NCBI GenBank assembly: GCA_039190745.1
Contig: JBCCXZ010000072.1
Location: 1-16,564, forward strand
Source: Planctomycetota bacterium
GTDB taxonomy: Bacteria > Planctomycetota > Planctomycetia > Pirellulales > Lacipirellulaceae
Direction: 5' to 3'
Length of the DNA stretch: 16,564 nucleotides
Below, piece by piece: positions 1 to 7,574 of the stretch. Position 1 is the first letter of the stretch; each line of letters begins with the position of its first letter. The notes beneath the pieces were generated by a model. That model searched no databases. It had not been told where the DNA came from and saw only the letters and a list, made by a program, of their open reading frames with translations. The translations under genes and the position numbers were made by a program.

Positions 1-1545
1 AATGCACGTCGTACAGCCGTAGCCGACCGTCTGGAAGCCGATCGCGTCGAGGTCTTTGTCCAGCCCCGACTTCTCCAGGTACTCGGTCACCACCGTCGAC
101 CCGGGCGCGAGGCTCGTCTTTACGTGCGGCGGCACTTCGAGCCCCGCCTCGACCGCCTTCTTCGCCACCAATCCGGCCGCCACCATCACCGACGGGTTCG
201 ACGTGTTCGTGCAGCTCGTGATCGCCGCGATCACCACCGCCCCGTGCGTGATCGTCGTCGAGTCGCCGTTGTTCTCCACCCGCGCTTCGCTCTTGAGCGC
301 CGTGTCCTCCAACCCAAACCCCTGCGGGCCGACATCGGCCGACAGCGATTCGTTGAAGGACGTCTTCATCCGCGAAAGCGGCACCCGGTCCTGCGGCCGC
401 TTCGGCCCGGCGAGGCTCGGCTCGACCGTCGACAGGTCCAACTCCACCACGCTGGTGAAGCTCGGCGCCGGCGCCGCGTCGGTGCGGAACAGGTGGTTCT
501 CCTTCGTGTACCGCTCGACGAGCTGCACCTCTTCGTCGGTGCGTCCCGTCTGGCGGAGATAGCCGAGCGTGGCGTCATCGATGGGGAAGAAGCCCATCGT
601 CGCCCCGTACTCGGGCGCCATGTTGGCGATCGTTGCCCGGTCGGCGAGCCCCATCCCGGAGACGCCCTCGCCGAAGAACTCGACGAACTTGCCGACGACC
701 TTGGCCTTCCGCAGGATCTCGGTGACGGTGAGCACCAGGTCGGTGGCCGTAGCCCCGGCCGGCAGCTTGCCGGTGAGCTTCATGCCCACCACCTCGGGCA
801 TCAGCATGTAGATCGGCTGGCCGAGCATGACGCCCTCCGCCTCGATGCCGCCCACGCCCCAGCCGACGACGCCCAGGCCGTCGATCATCGTCGTGTGGCT
901 GTCGGTGCCCACCAGCGAGTCGGGCACCGCCACCTTGCCGGCGTGGTCGTCGCGCAAGAAGACGCACTTGGCCAGGTACTCGAGGTTCACCTGGTGGACG
1001 ATTCCCGTCCCCGGCGGCACCACGCGGAAGTTGTCGAACGCGTCCTGCCCCCAGCGGAGGAACTCGTACCGCTCACGGTTCCGCGAGAACTCCAGCTCGA
1101 TGTTCAGGTCCAACGCCGAGTCGCTCGCGAAGTGGTCCACCTGCACCGAGTGGTCGATCACCAGGTCGGCCGGCACCAGCGGGTTGATCTTGTTCGGGTC
1201 GCCACCCAGCCGTTGCATCGCCGACCGCATCGCCGCCAGGTCGACCACCGCCGGCACGCCGGTGAAGTCTTGCAGCACCACCCGCGCCGGCTTGAACGGG
1301 ATTTCCACCGCAGCGGGGCTCGCCGCGTCCCACGCGGCGAGGTTCTTCACGTCTTGCTCCTCGACGACGTACCCGTCGCAGTTCCGCAGGCACGACTCCA
1401 GCAGCACACGGATCGAGTAGGGCAGGGCGGCCAGCTTCGCGAGCCCCGCGTCCTGGAGCTTCGAGAGCCGGTACAGCCCGGCCTCGCCCGAGCCGGTATC
1501 AAACGTGTCGCGGGCGCCAAAGGGGTCGGTCTTCAGTTCGGGCAT
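1..1545 (-). CDS. acnA: Aconitate hydratase A, 5' part (runs off the window start)
   Basis: Manual translation from ATG at 1545 (CAT at 1543-1545): [30 protein letters not shown]...[11 protein letters not shown]...[20 protein letters not shown]...[17 protein letters not shown]...[25 protein letters not shown]...[12 protein letters not shown]...GYGCTTCI at the window edge. These include the Fe-S cluster cysteine motifs. GAGGAG SD at 1557-1562 (minus strand). Confidence 0.97.
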   Translation of the reverse strand, partial: MPELKTDPFGARDTFDTGSGEAGLYRLSKLQDAGLAKLAALPYSIRVLLESCLRNCDGYVVEEQDVKNLAAWDAASPAAVEIPFKPARVVLQDFTGVPAVVDLAAMRSAMQRLGGDPNKINPLVPADLVIDHSVQVDHFASDSALDLNIELEFSRNRERYEFLRWGQDAFDNFRVVPPGTGIVHQVNLEYLAKCVFLRDDHAGKVAVPDSLVGTDSHTTMIDGLGVVGWGVGGIEAEGVMLGQPIYMLMPEVVGMKLTGKLPAGATATDLVLTVTEILRKAKVVGKFVEFFGEGVSGMGLADRATIANMAPEYGATMGFFPIDDATLGYLRQTGRTDEEVQLVERYTKENHLFRTDAAPAPSFTSVVELDLSTVEPSLAGPKRPQDRVPLSRMKTSFNESLSADVGPQGFGLEDTALKSEARVENNGDSTTITHGAVVIAAITSCTNTSNPSVMVAAGLVAKKAVEAGLEVPPHVKTSLAPGSTVVTEYLEKSGLDKDLDAIGFQTVGYGCTTCI

Positions 1546-1580
1546 GGCCGCAAGAACTCCTCGGTTGGGTTGGGCCAACG

Positions 1581-1589
1581 ATTTTAGCA
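1581..1589 (-). promoter_or_regulatory. Extended -10 promoter element for acnA (TGC-TAAAAT)
   Basis: The minus strand reads TTGCTAAAAT, a TGn plus TAAAAT element about 35 nt upstream of the acnA start. Confidence 0.5.
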
Positions 1590-1652
1590 ACTACGTCCCG
1601 CCCCTGCATTGGTGGAGGCTTATCCCCTGTGGAAATCGACCCAAACGAGGCA

Positions 1653-1854
1653 AAGGAGATTGGGGGCTGGTTGGGGATACGGGGGATGAAAGCGAGGGCA
1701 GGGAACAGGAGACAGCGGGCAGGTGGGCAGAGGGTCCGTCAGCTCACGCCTTTGCATTCTAGAACGGTTAGCCACTGTGCGGCGGTCATCGCCGCTCCTT
1801 CTCCAAACTCCTTCTTTTTCATCCCCCCATTCCCAACTATCCCCTCATCTCCTT
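1653..1854. repeat. Long imperfect inverted repeat (purine-rich left arm, pyrimidine-rich right arm)
   Basis: Left arm 1653-1690 is AAGGAGATTGGGGGCTGGTTGGGGATACGGGGGATGAA. The reverse complement of 1818-1854 is AAGGAGATGAGGGGATAGTTGGGAATGGGGGGATGAA. 31/38 identical by hand with one gap. Confidence 0.8.
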
Positions 1855-1953
1855 CTCTACAATGCGGCCACCTAACCGCCAGACTTGTGCCCCGCAGCGG
1901 TGCGGCTTATACCCTCGGCACTCTTCAATCCTCCTCGCTCAGTCGGCGGCACA

Positions 1954-3324
1954 GTGCCCGAACGCGACCCCTACCAGCTCGACCCGGCCAACATCGCCGA
2001 ACCGCCAGCCACCCTCGGCGGCTGCCTCCGCCACGTCGGCCCGGGGCTGATCCTCTCCGCCTCGGTCGTCGGCTCCGGCGAACTGGTAGCCACTACCATC
2101 CTCGGCGCCCGAACCGGCTTCGCCGCGCTGTGGGTCATCCTGGCAAGCTGCCTGGTGAAGGTCGCGATCCAACTCGAGTTCGGCCGCCACACCATCCAGT
2201 CCGGCCACACCTGCATGGAGGCGATCGACAGCCTCCCCGGCCCCCGCCTCGGCCGGGCCCACTGGACCGTGTGGTTCATCCTGCTCTTGCAGCCGATCAA
2301 GGTCGCCCAGATGGGCGGCATCCTTGGCGGGCTCGCCATCGTGCTCACGATGATCTTCGGCGGCGACCAAACCGCGTGGATCTGGGCCGGCGTCCTCGTG
2401 ACCGCCGTGCTCGTGGCCGTCGGCCGGTACCGCTTCGTCGAGAGCGTCTGCCTCGCGCTACTCGGCGGGTTCACGCTGCTCACACTCGCCTCGGTCGTCT
2501 CACTCACGTGGACGCCTTACGCGTTCACCCTCGCCGACCTCGCCAGCGGCCTCCGCGGCGCGCTGCCCGAGGGCGAGGGCGCTCTGTTCTTCGTCATCGG
2601 CACCTTCGGCCTCACCGGCGTCGGCGGCGACGAGATCATGCACTACGCCTACTGGCTGCTGGAGAAAGGCTACGCCGCGAAGACCGGACCTTACGTGGAA
2701 GGCGACGAGGCGTGGAACCGCCGTGCCCGCGGCTGGATCCGCGTCATGTACGTCGACGCCATCGTCTCGATGCTCGCCTATACGCTCGTCACGTGCGCGT
2801 TCTATGTCCTCGGCGCCGCCGTGCTGCACGCCCGCGGCGAGGTGCCCGAGGGCTACGCCGTGATCGAGATGCTCTCGACCGTCTACACCGAGTCGCTCGG
2901 CACCTGGGGCCGCGGGGCGTTTCTGGCCGGGGCGTTCATCGTGCTCTTCTCCTCCTGCTTCGCCGCGTCCGCCGCCTGGAGCCGCGCCTACACCGACGCC
3001 CTGGGCCGCATCGGCCTGATCGACTTCCGCAAGCTCGCCCAGCGCAACCGCACGATCGTCGCCTTCGCGTGGGCCATCCCCGCGTGCTGGGCGCTCGCCT
3101 ACCTGCGCATCCAGGACGTAGTGAACATGGTCGTCGCCGGCGGCGTCGCCACCGCCGCGATCCTGCTGATCGTCGTCTACGCCGGCCTCGTGTTCCGCTA
3201 CCGCGACACGCTCCCCGCGCTCAAGCCCGGCAGGCTCTACGACACCGCCCTGTGGGCGAGTGCGGCGAGCATCTTTGGTTTAGCGCTCTACACGCTAATG
3301 AGCTCACTTGTGCCGAATGGCTGA
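1954..3324 (+). CDS. Nramp-like (APC/LeuT-fold) divalent metal or solute transporter
   Basis: About 11 hydrophobic segments and the N-terminal GPGLILSASVVGSGELV...GA..GF..LWVIL...LVK..IQ.E.GR pattern of Nramp-related proteins. GTG at 1954 was chosen as start because GC-rich codon bias begins there; the track's TTG at 1885 falls in a promoter-like TTGTGC-N17-TATACC. Confidence 0.8.
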   Translation: MPERDPYQLDPANIAEPPATLGGCLRHVGPGLILSASVVGSGELVATTILGARTGFAALWVILASCLVKVAIQLEFGRHTIQSGHTCMEAIDSLPGPRLGRAHWTVWFILLLQPIKVAQMGGILGGLAIVLTMIFGGDQTAWIWAGVLVTAVLVAVGRYRFVESVCLALLGGFTLLTLASVVSLTWTPYAFTLADLASGLRGALPEGEGALFFVIGTFGLTGVGGDEIMHYAYWLLEKGYAAKTGPYVEGDEAWNRRARGWIRVMYVDAIVSMLAYTLVTCAFYVLGAAVLHARGEVPEGYAVIEMLSTVYTESLGTWGRGAFLAGAFIVLFSSCFAASAAWSRAYTDALGRIGLIDFRKLAQRNRTIVAFAWAIPACWALAYLRIQDVVNMVVAGGVATAAILLIVVYAGLVFRYRDTLPALKPGRLYDTALWASAASIFGLALYTLMSSLVPNG

Positions 3325-3332
3325 GCCTCGGG

Positions 3333-3704
3333 CTATCCCTGCGGAAAAATCTCAACTGCCCCGCCGCGATTCGCCTCAACCCGCAGCCGGCTGCCCTCCA
3401 GTAGTGACATCCCAGCCAATGGAAAGGAATCCGAAAGTGCCGCCTCGACACGCCGCACGTTTCCGAACCACTCTAACTGGATTAGGTAGACATCAAAGAC
3501 AGCCAGACTCCCATCTGCAAGCAGAGCGCGCTCGCTCCCAATGCGATCGGCGCCAAGGCTAACGAGTATTGGTTCCGGCAGTGTCAGCGAACCATTGAAT
3601 CCCGTATCGATGATCGCTTGCGTGACTCGAGTCTCGCCATCGCCATCCAACAGCCGCAACTCAACTATCGGTTGGAGGTCGCTGCTGACCCGCCCTTCGA
3701 TCAT
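3333..3704 (-). CDS. Clan AA (retropepsin-like) aspartic protease, AF_0612-like
   Basis: 123 aa with AIIDTGFNGSLTLP (catalytic DTG), LADGS and a C-terminal LAGMSLL motif. The start overlaps the upstream stop (ATGA at 3701-3704). Confidence 0.85.
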   Translation of the reverse strand: MIEGRVSSDLQPIVELRLLDGDGETRVTQAIIDTGFNGSLTLPEPILVSLGADRIGSERALLADGSLAVFDVYLIQLEWFGNVRRVEAALSDSFPLAGMSLLEGSRLRVEANRGGAVEIFPQG

Positions 3705-3970
3705 GCGGTCCGCCCCGGCGAGCGAGGGCCGAATCGATGCACCGCGGGAGAGCCAACCCTCACGAAAAACGCTTCCGTCCCAGGCAGCTTTTGCCTCAAA
3801 GCGTCCGAAGCCGCAACAACATCGGCCCCCAATGCGTAATCGCCGCTGGCCACATCGATCGCGACAACGAGCCCCTCGTGCTGCTCATCGAGCACAGGAC
3901 GGATCCGCTCCTCGAAGATCGCAGACCCTCGGCTCGCCAGACTCTCTTTATCAGATTGCGTATCAGACAT
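3701..3970 (-). CDS. Small hypothetical protein (DUF5678-like) translationally coupled to the aspartic protease
   Basis: 89 aa with the pattern G.VVAIDV.SGDY.LG.D...A...LR...P......VRVG. GAGGT SD at 3976-3980 (minus) and an ATGA overlap with the next gene. Confidence 0.75.
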   Translation of the reverse strand: MSDTQSDKESLASRGSAIFEERIRPVLDEQHEGLVVAIDVASGDYALGADVVAASDALRQKLPGTEAFFVRVGSPAVHRFGPRSPGRTA

Positions 3971-3986
3971 AATGGACCTCGGGTGA

Positions 3987-4015
3987 ATTTTAGCCCCCCA
4001 GACCCCAAATGGCGA
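3987..4015 (-). promoter_or_regulatory. sigma70-like promoter of the small-protein/protease pair
   Basis: Minus strand TCGCCA (4015-4010), 17 nt spacer, TAAAAT (3992-3987). The same -35 hexamer and spacing occur before serC. Confidence 0.5.
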
Positions 4016-4025
4016 ACTCCGCCGC

Positions 4026-6020
4026 TCAATGCTCAGCCAGCATCTCCTGCCGGTAACGCTTCATCACGTCGCTCCGCAAGAGCAGCCCCACCAGGTGGCG
4101 GTTCGCCCCCACGCCCACCTCCACCGGCAGCGTCTCCACGTCGCGCGTGCCGAAGTCGCGCAGCGCCTCGATCAGGTTCTCCGACGGAGAGACCGAGATC
4201 GGCGACTTCAGCGCAATGTCCTCCGCGTTCACCAGGTGCGGCGAGACGTCGCTGTCCAGCACGCGGTGCAGGTCGCTCGGGCGGATGATGCCGATCAGCT
4301 TTCCGTCGGCGCCCATCACCGGCAGGCTCTCGATCTCCGGGTGCTCCCGCGCCACGCGCACGATCTCCAGCACGTTGGCGTCGAGCCGCACGGTCGGGAA
4401 CCGACGCACCATCACGTCCCGCACCATGATGTGGTCCAGCCGGTGCATGTCGTGCCCGCGGGAGATGCTCTCCCCCCGCCGGCTAAGCTTCTTGTAGTAG
4501 ATGCTCTCGGGCTGGATTGCCCGCGAGACCACGCTTGCCACGCCCGCGGCGGCCATGATCGGCAGGATCACCTGGTAGTTGCTCGTCATCTCGTACACGA
4601 TGATGATCGCGCTGAGCACCCCGTGCGTCGTGCCGGCCACCACGGCGCCCATGCCCACGATGGCGTACACCCCCGGCGCGTTGCTGTACTGGGGAACAAG
4701 GGCGTTCACCACCAGTCCCACGCACGCCCCCAGCGTCGCCCCCAAGAACAACGACGGCGCAAACACGCCCCCCGACCCGCCGCCGGCGAGCGTCAGGCTC
4801 GTCATCAGCGGCTTCAGAAACACCAGCGGCAGCAGCCACCAGAACTCCTGCCACAGCTGCCCGCCAGAAACCATCACCGTCCGCGACTTCTCGCCGTTGC
4901 CGATCAGCTTGCCGAAGAGTTCCTGCGTCGCCTCGGCCAAGTCCTCCGGCGGCTCCGCCTCGGTCGGCGTGTCGAGGTGCAGCGCGTGGTCCACCACGCC
5001 GTAGCCCACGCCCATCAGCGGCGGCAGGTGGTGCTGGTCGGCCGAGGCGTGTTTCTCGATCGTCGACTCCGACTGCACCGGCGGGTGCATCGGGTAGACC
5101 GCGCCCGCAAGCCCAACCAACAGCCCCATCGCCAGAGGCCGCTGCCACCACTTCTTCAGCTTCGCCTCGACCAAGTCTTCCGTCTTGTACAGCAGCTTGA
5201 TGAACCCCGCCGCCGCCAGCCCCGCGAGCAGCCCCAACAACAAGTACGAGGGCAGCTGCTGCCACGCCCCCGCGAAGTTGTAGTACTGCAAATCCAAGAA
5301 CGCCGGCTCGAACTTGTGCTCGCCGATGTGCTGCTGCACTACGTCGGCCAGCACGCTGGCGATCACGATCGGCGTGAGGCTCTCCACCGCGAAGCTGCCC
5401 AGGATGATCTCGCTGGCGAACATCACGCCGGCCAGCGGGGCGTTGAACGTCGCGCTGATCCCCGCCGCACCGCCCGCGGCCACCAGCACCTTGATGTTGC
5501 GGGCCGACAGGTTGAACCACTGCCCGGCCGTGCTGCCCAGAGCCGAGCCGATCTGCACGATCGGCCCCTCGCGCCCGACCGAGCCGCCCGTGCCGATGCA
5601 AAAGCCGCTCGCCAAGATCTTCACGAGGGCCACCTGCGGGCGGATCACTCCGTCGTGCCGGGCCACGGCCGTGATCACCTCCGGCACCCCGTGCCCCTGC
5701 GCTTCAGGGGCAAATCGCCGCGTGAACCACGCCACCCCCAGCAGCCCAGCCGCCGGCACGAGCACCAAAGCGACGTACCACAGCGGGGAACCGTCCAACC
5801 GGCCGACCACGGCACCCACGCTGCCGGCTGAGATCGACTCGATCAGCCAGTTGAAAAGCGCCGCCCCGCACCCGGCCAGCACGCCGATGACGCCGGCCAG
5901 GACGATCGTCAGCGTACCGCCAGACACCGTCCCCCGCCGGGTGTGCTCGGCGATCCAGCGAGCCAGCCGACCCTCGGGGCGGGAGGGCCCCTCGGCGGGG
6001 TCCGTATGGATAGGCGTCAT
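4026..6020 (-). CDS. ClC-family chloride channel / H+/Cl- antiporter with two C-terminal CBS domains
   Basis: Motifs GHGVPE, GGSVGREGP (gating Glu), FNAPLAGVMFASE, GGSGGVFAPSL, YEMT and ESIY, followed by CBS repeats (VRDVM...LPV...GII; V.PSENL.EAL...LPV...LVGLL.RSD). ATG at 6020 (MTPIHTD) is preferred over the track's upstream start. Confidence 0.93.
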   Translation of the reverse strand: MTPIHTDPAEGPSRPEGRLARWIAEHTRRGTVSGGTLTIVLAGVIGVLAGCGAALFNWLIESISAGSVGAVVGRLDGSPLWYVALVLVPAAGLLGVAWFTRRFAPEAQGHGVPEVITAVARHDGVIRPQVALVKILASGFCIGTGGSVGREGPIVQIGSALGSTAGQWFNLSARNIKVLVAAGGAAGISATFNAPLAGVMFASEIILGSFAVESLTPIVIASVLADVVQQHIGEHKFEPAFLDLQYYNFAGAWQQLPSYLLLGLLAGLAAAGFIKLLYKTEDLVEAKLKKWWQRPLAMGLLVGLAGAVYPMHPPVQSESTIEKHASADQHHLPPLMGVGYGVVDHALHLDTPTEAEPPEDLAEATQELFGKLIGNGEKSRTVMVSGGQLWQEFWWLLPLVFLKPLMTSLTLAGGGSGGVFAPSLFLGATLGACVGLVVNALVPQYSNAPGVYAIVGMGAVVAGTTHGVLSAIIIVYEMTSNYQVILPIMAAAGVASVVSRAIQPESIYYKKLSRRGESISRGHDMHRLDHIMVRDVMVRRFPTVRLDANVLEIVRVAREHPEIESLPVMGADGKLIGIIRPSDLHRVLDSDVSPHLVNAEDIALKSPISVSPSENLIEALRDFGTRDVETLPVEVGVGANRHLVGLLLRSDVMKRYRQEMLAEH

Positions 6021-6207
6021 GGTGAGGCTAAATCGAGAGGCGGAGCCGATTTTGGGCACACACACGGCCGACCAGAAACGTTGATCCCTACGGCCAAAGC
6101 CCGGTTGATGGGTACAAACCTGTAGCGTAGTCCGCCGCCTGCGCACCGACCAGAGCCGACCGACAGCTTCCCGCCCACAACGACGGAAAGCCGAGACCGC
6201 GGACCCA

Positions 6208-6236
6208 TCGCCAACCCCAGGCAGCATTACTAGAAT
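6208..6236 (+). promoter_or_regulatory. sigma70-like promoter of serC-serA
   Basis: TCGCCA (6208-6213), 17 nt spacer, TAGAAT (6231-6236). Confidence 0.5.
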
Positions 6237-6319
6237 ACCAGCTTGCTCGCCGCAGCCGGGCCGCTGCAGTCGCAGCTTTCCCGACCGCGTCGAACCCGCC
6301 GCGGCCCCAGGGCGTCCTG

Positions 6320-6384
6320 TTCATCGATCAGCTTCATCGATCAGCGCCGGCTCAAAACACCGCGAGCACAAAACACTGCGACCA
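6320..6384 (+). repeat. Two adjacent tandem duplications in the serC leader
   Basis: TTCATCGATCAGC twice (6320-6345, perfect) and CAAAACACCGCGAGCA / CAAAACACTGCGACCA (6353-6384, 14/16). Confidence 0.8.
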
Positions 6385-6399
6385 CAGTGAGGAACCACG

Positions 6400-7506
6400 G
6401 TGAGCACCACCGCCACAGAGCGAAAATTCAACTTCAGCGCCGGCCCCGCCGTCCTGCCCGAGCCCGTCCTCGAGCAGATCCGCGACGAGATGCTCGCCCT
6501 CCCCGGGGCCTACGCCTCGGTGCTTGAGATCAGCCACCGCAGCAAGCCCTTCAAGGAAATCATCGGCGCCGCCGAGGCCAACCTCCGGAAGCTGCTCTCT
6601 ATCAGCGACGACTACGCCGTGCTCTTCCTGCAGGGCGGCAGCCGGCTGCAGTTCTCGGCGATCGCGATGAACCTCATGACCGAGGCCCAGCAATCGGCCG
6701 ACTACATCCTCACCGGCACCTGGGGCAAGGGAGCCCAAAAAGAGGCCGCCAAGGTCGGCGCCGCCCGCACCGCCTGGGACGGCTCGGCCGACAACTTCAT
6801 CGAGGCGCCCGCAGACGACGCCCTCGACCTCGACCCCAACGCCGCCTACGTCCACTACACCTGCAACGAGACGATCCAGGGCGTCCAGTTCCCGACCGAG
6901 CCAGCGACCGGCGGCGTCCCGCTGATCTGCGACGCATCGAGCGACTTCCTGCACAAGCCGCTGGACGTTTCGAAGTACGGCCTGATCTACGCCTGCGCCC
7001 AAAAGAACGCCGGCCCCGCGGGCGTCACCATGGTCATCGTCCGCAAAGACCTGCTCGAGCGCAGCCAAGACTCGCTGCCCATCTACATCAACTACCGCGA
7101 GCAGGCCGAGGCCGGCTCGCTGCTGAACACGGCCCCCACGTTCGCGATCTACGTCGTCCGGCTGGTCACCGACTGGCTGCTCAACGAGATCGGCGGCCTC
7201 GTGCAGATGCACGAGCAGAACAAGCACAAGGCCGGCCTACTCTACGGCGTGCTCGACGACAGCCCCGGCTTCTACACCGGCCACGCAAGACGCGAGTGCC
7301 GCTCGCTGATGAACGTCACCTTTACGCTCCCCTCCGACGAGCTCACCAAGAAGTTCCTCGCCGAGGCCGACGACGAGGACCTAACCGCCCTGGGCGGCCA
7401 CCGCTCGGTGGGCGGCGTCCGCGCCTCGATCTACAACGCCATGCCACTGGCCGGCGTCGAGTGCCTCCGCGACTTCATGATCAAGTTCCGCGACAACAAC
7501 GGCTAA
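6400..7506 (+). CDS. serC: Phosphoserine aminotransferase
   Basis: NFSAGPAVLP, EISHRS, LFLQGG, NETIQGV, DASSD, YACAQKNAGPAG (PLP lysine), NTAPTF, RSLMNVTF and GHRSVGGVRASIYNA. GTG start with GAGGA SD. Confidence 0.98.
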   Translation: MSTTATERKFNFSAGPAVLPEPVLEQIRDEMLALPGAYASVLEISHRSKPFKEIIGAAEANLRKLLSISDDYAVLFLQGGSRLQFSAIAMNLMTEAQQSADYILTGTWGKGAQKEAAKVGAARTAWDGSADNFIEAPADDALDLDPNAAYVHYTCNETIQGVQFPTEPATGGVPLICDASSDFLHKPLDVSKYGLIYACAQKNAGPAGVTMVIVRKDLLERSQDSLPIYINYREQAEAGSLLNTAPTFAIYVVRLVTDWLLNEIGGLVQMHEQNKHKAGLLYGVLDDSPGFYTGHARRECRSLMNVTFTLPSDELTKKFLAEADDEDLTALGGHRSVGGVRASIYNAMPLAGVECLRDFMIKFRDNNG

Positions 7507-7574
7507 GCCGCTCGCATCTGCTGCCGGCCAGCCTCTCATTCTCCCACTCAATACTCCGACTCCCCATTAGCAAG

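Noticed and set aside
124..1587. Long + strand ORFs (487 aa and others) over the first 1.6 kb
   Set aside because: They are antisense shadows of acnA, typical of high-GC DNA. The minus frame carries the aconitase motifs.
1629..3404. 591-aa Arg/Pro-rich ORF
   Set aside because: Alternative frame of the transporter gene with low-complexity composition.
6110..6215. Possible fluoride riboswitch upstream of ClC (minus strand GGCGATGGGTCCGC)
   Set aside because: The downstream GCTRATG...CTAC pseudoknot half is not present at suitable spacing. The ClC also lacks the fluoride-type GNNLI/GREGT/GEVTP motifs.
7296..7574. Upstream extensions given by the ORF track for serA (likewise higA, rpmE, ClC and the PEP-CTERM gene)
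   Set aside because: They overlap neighbouring genes or promoters and precede the homologous N-termini, so downstream ATGs were used.
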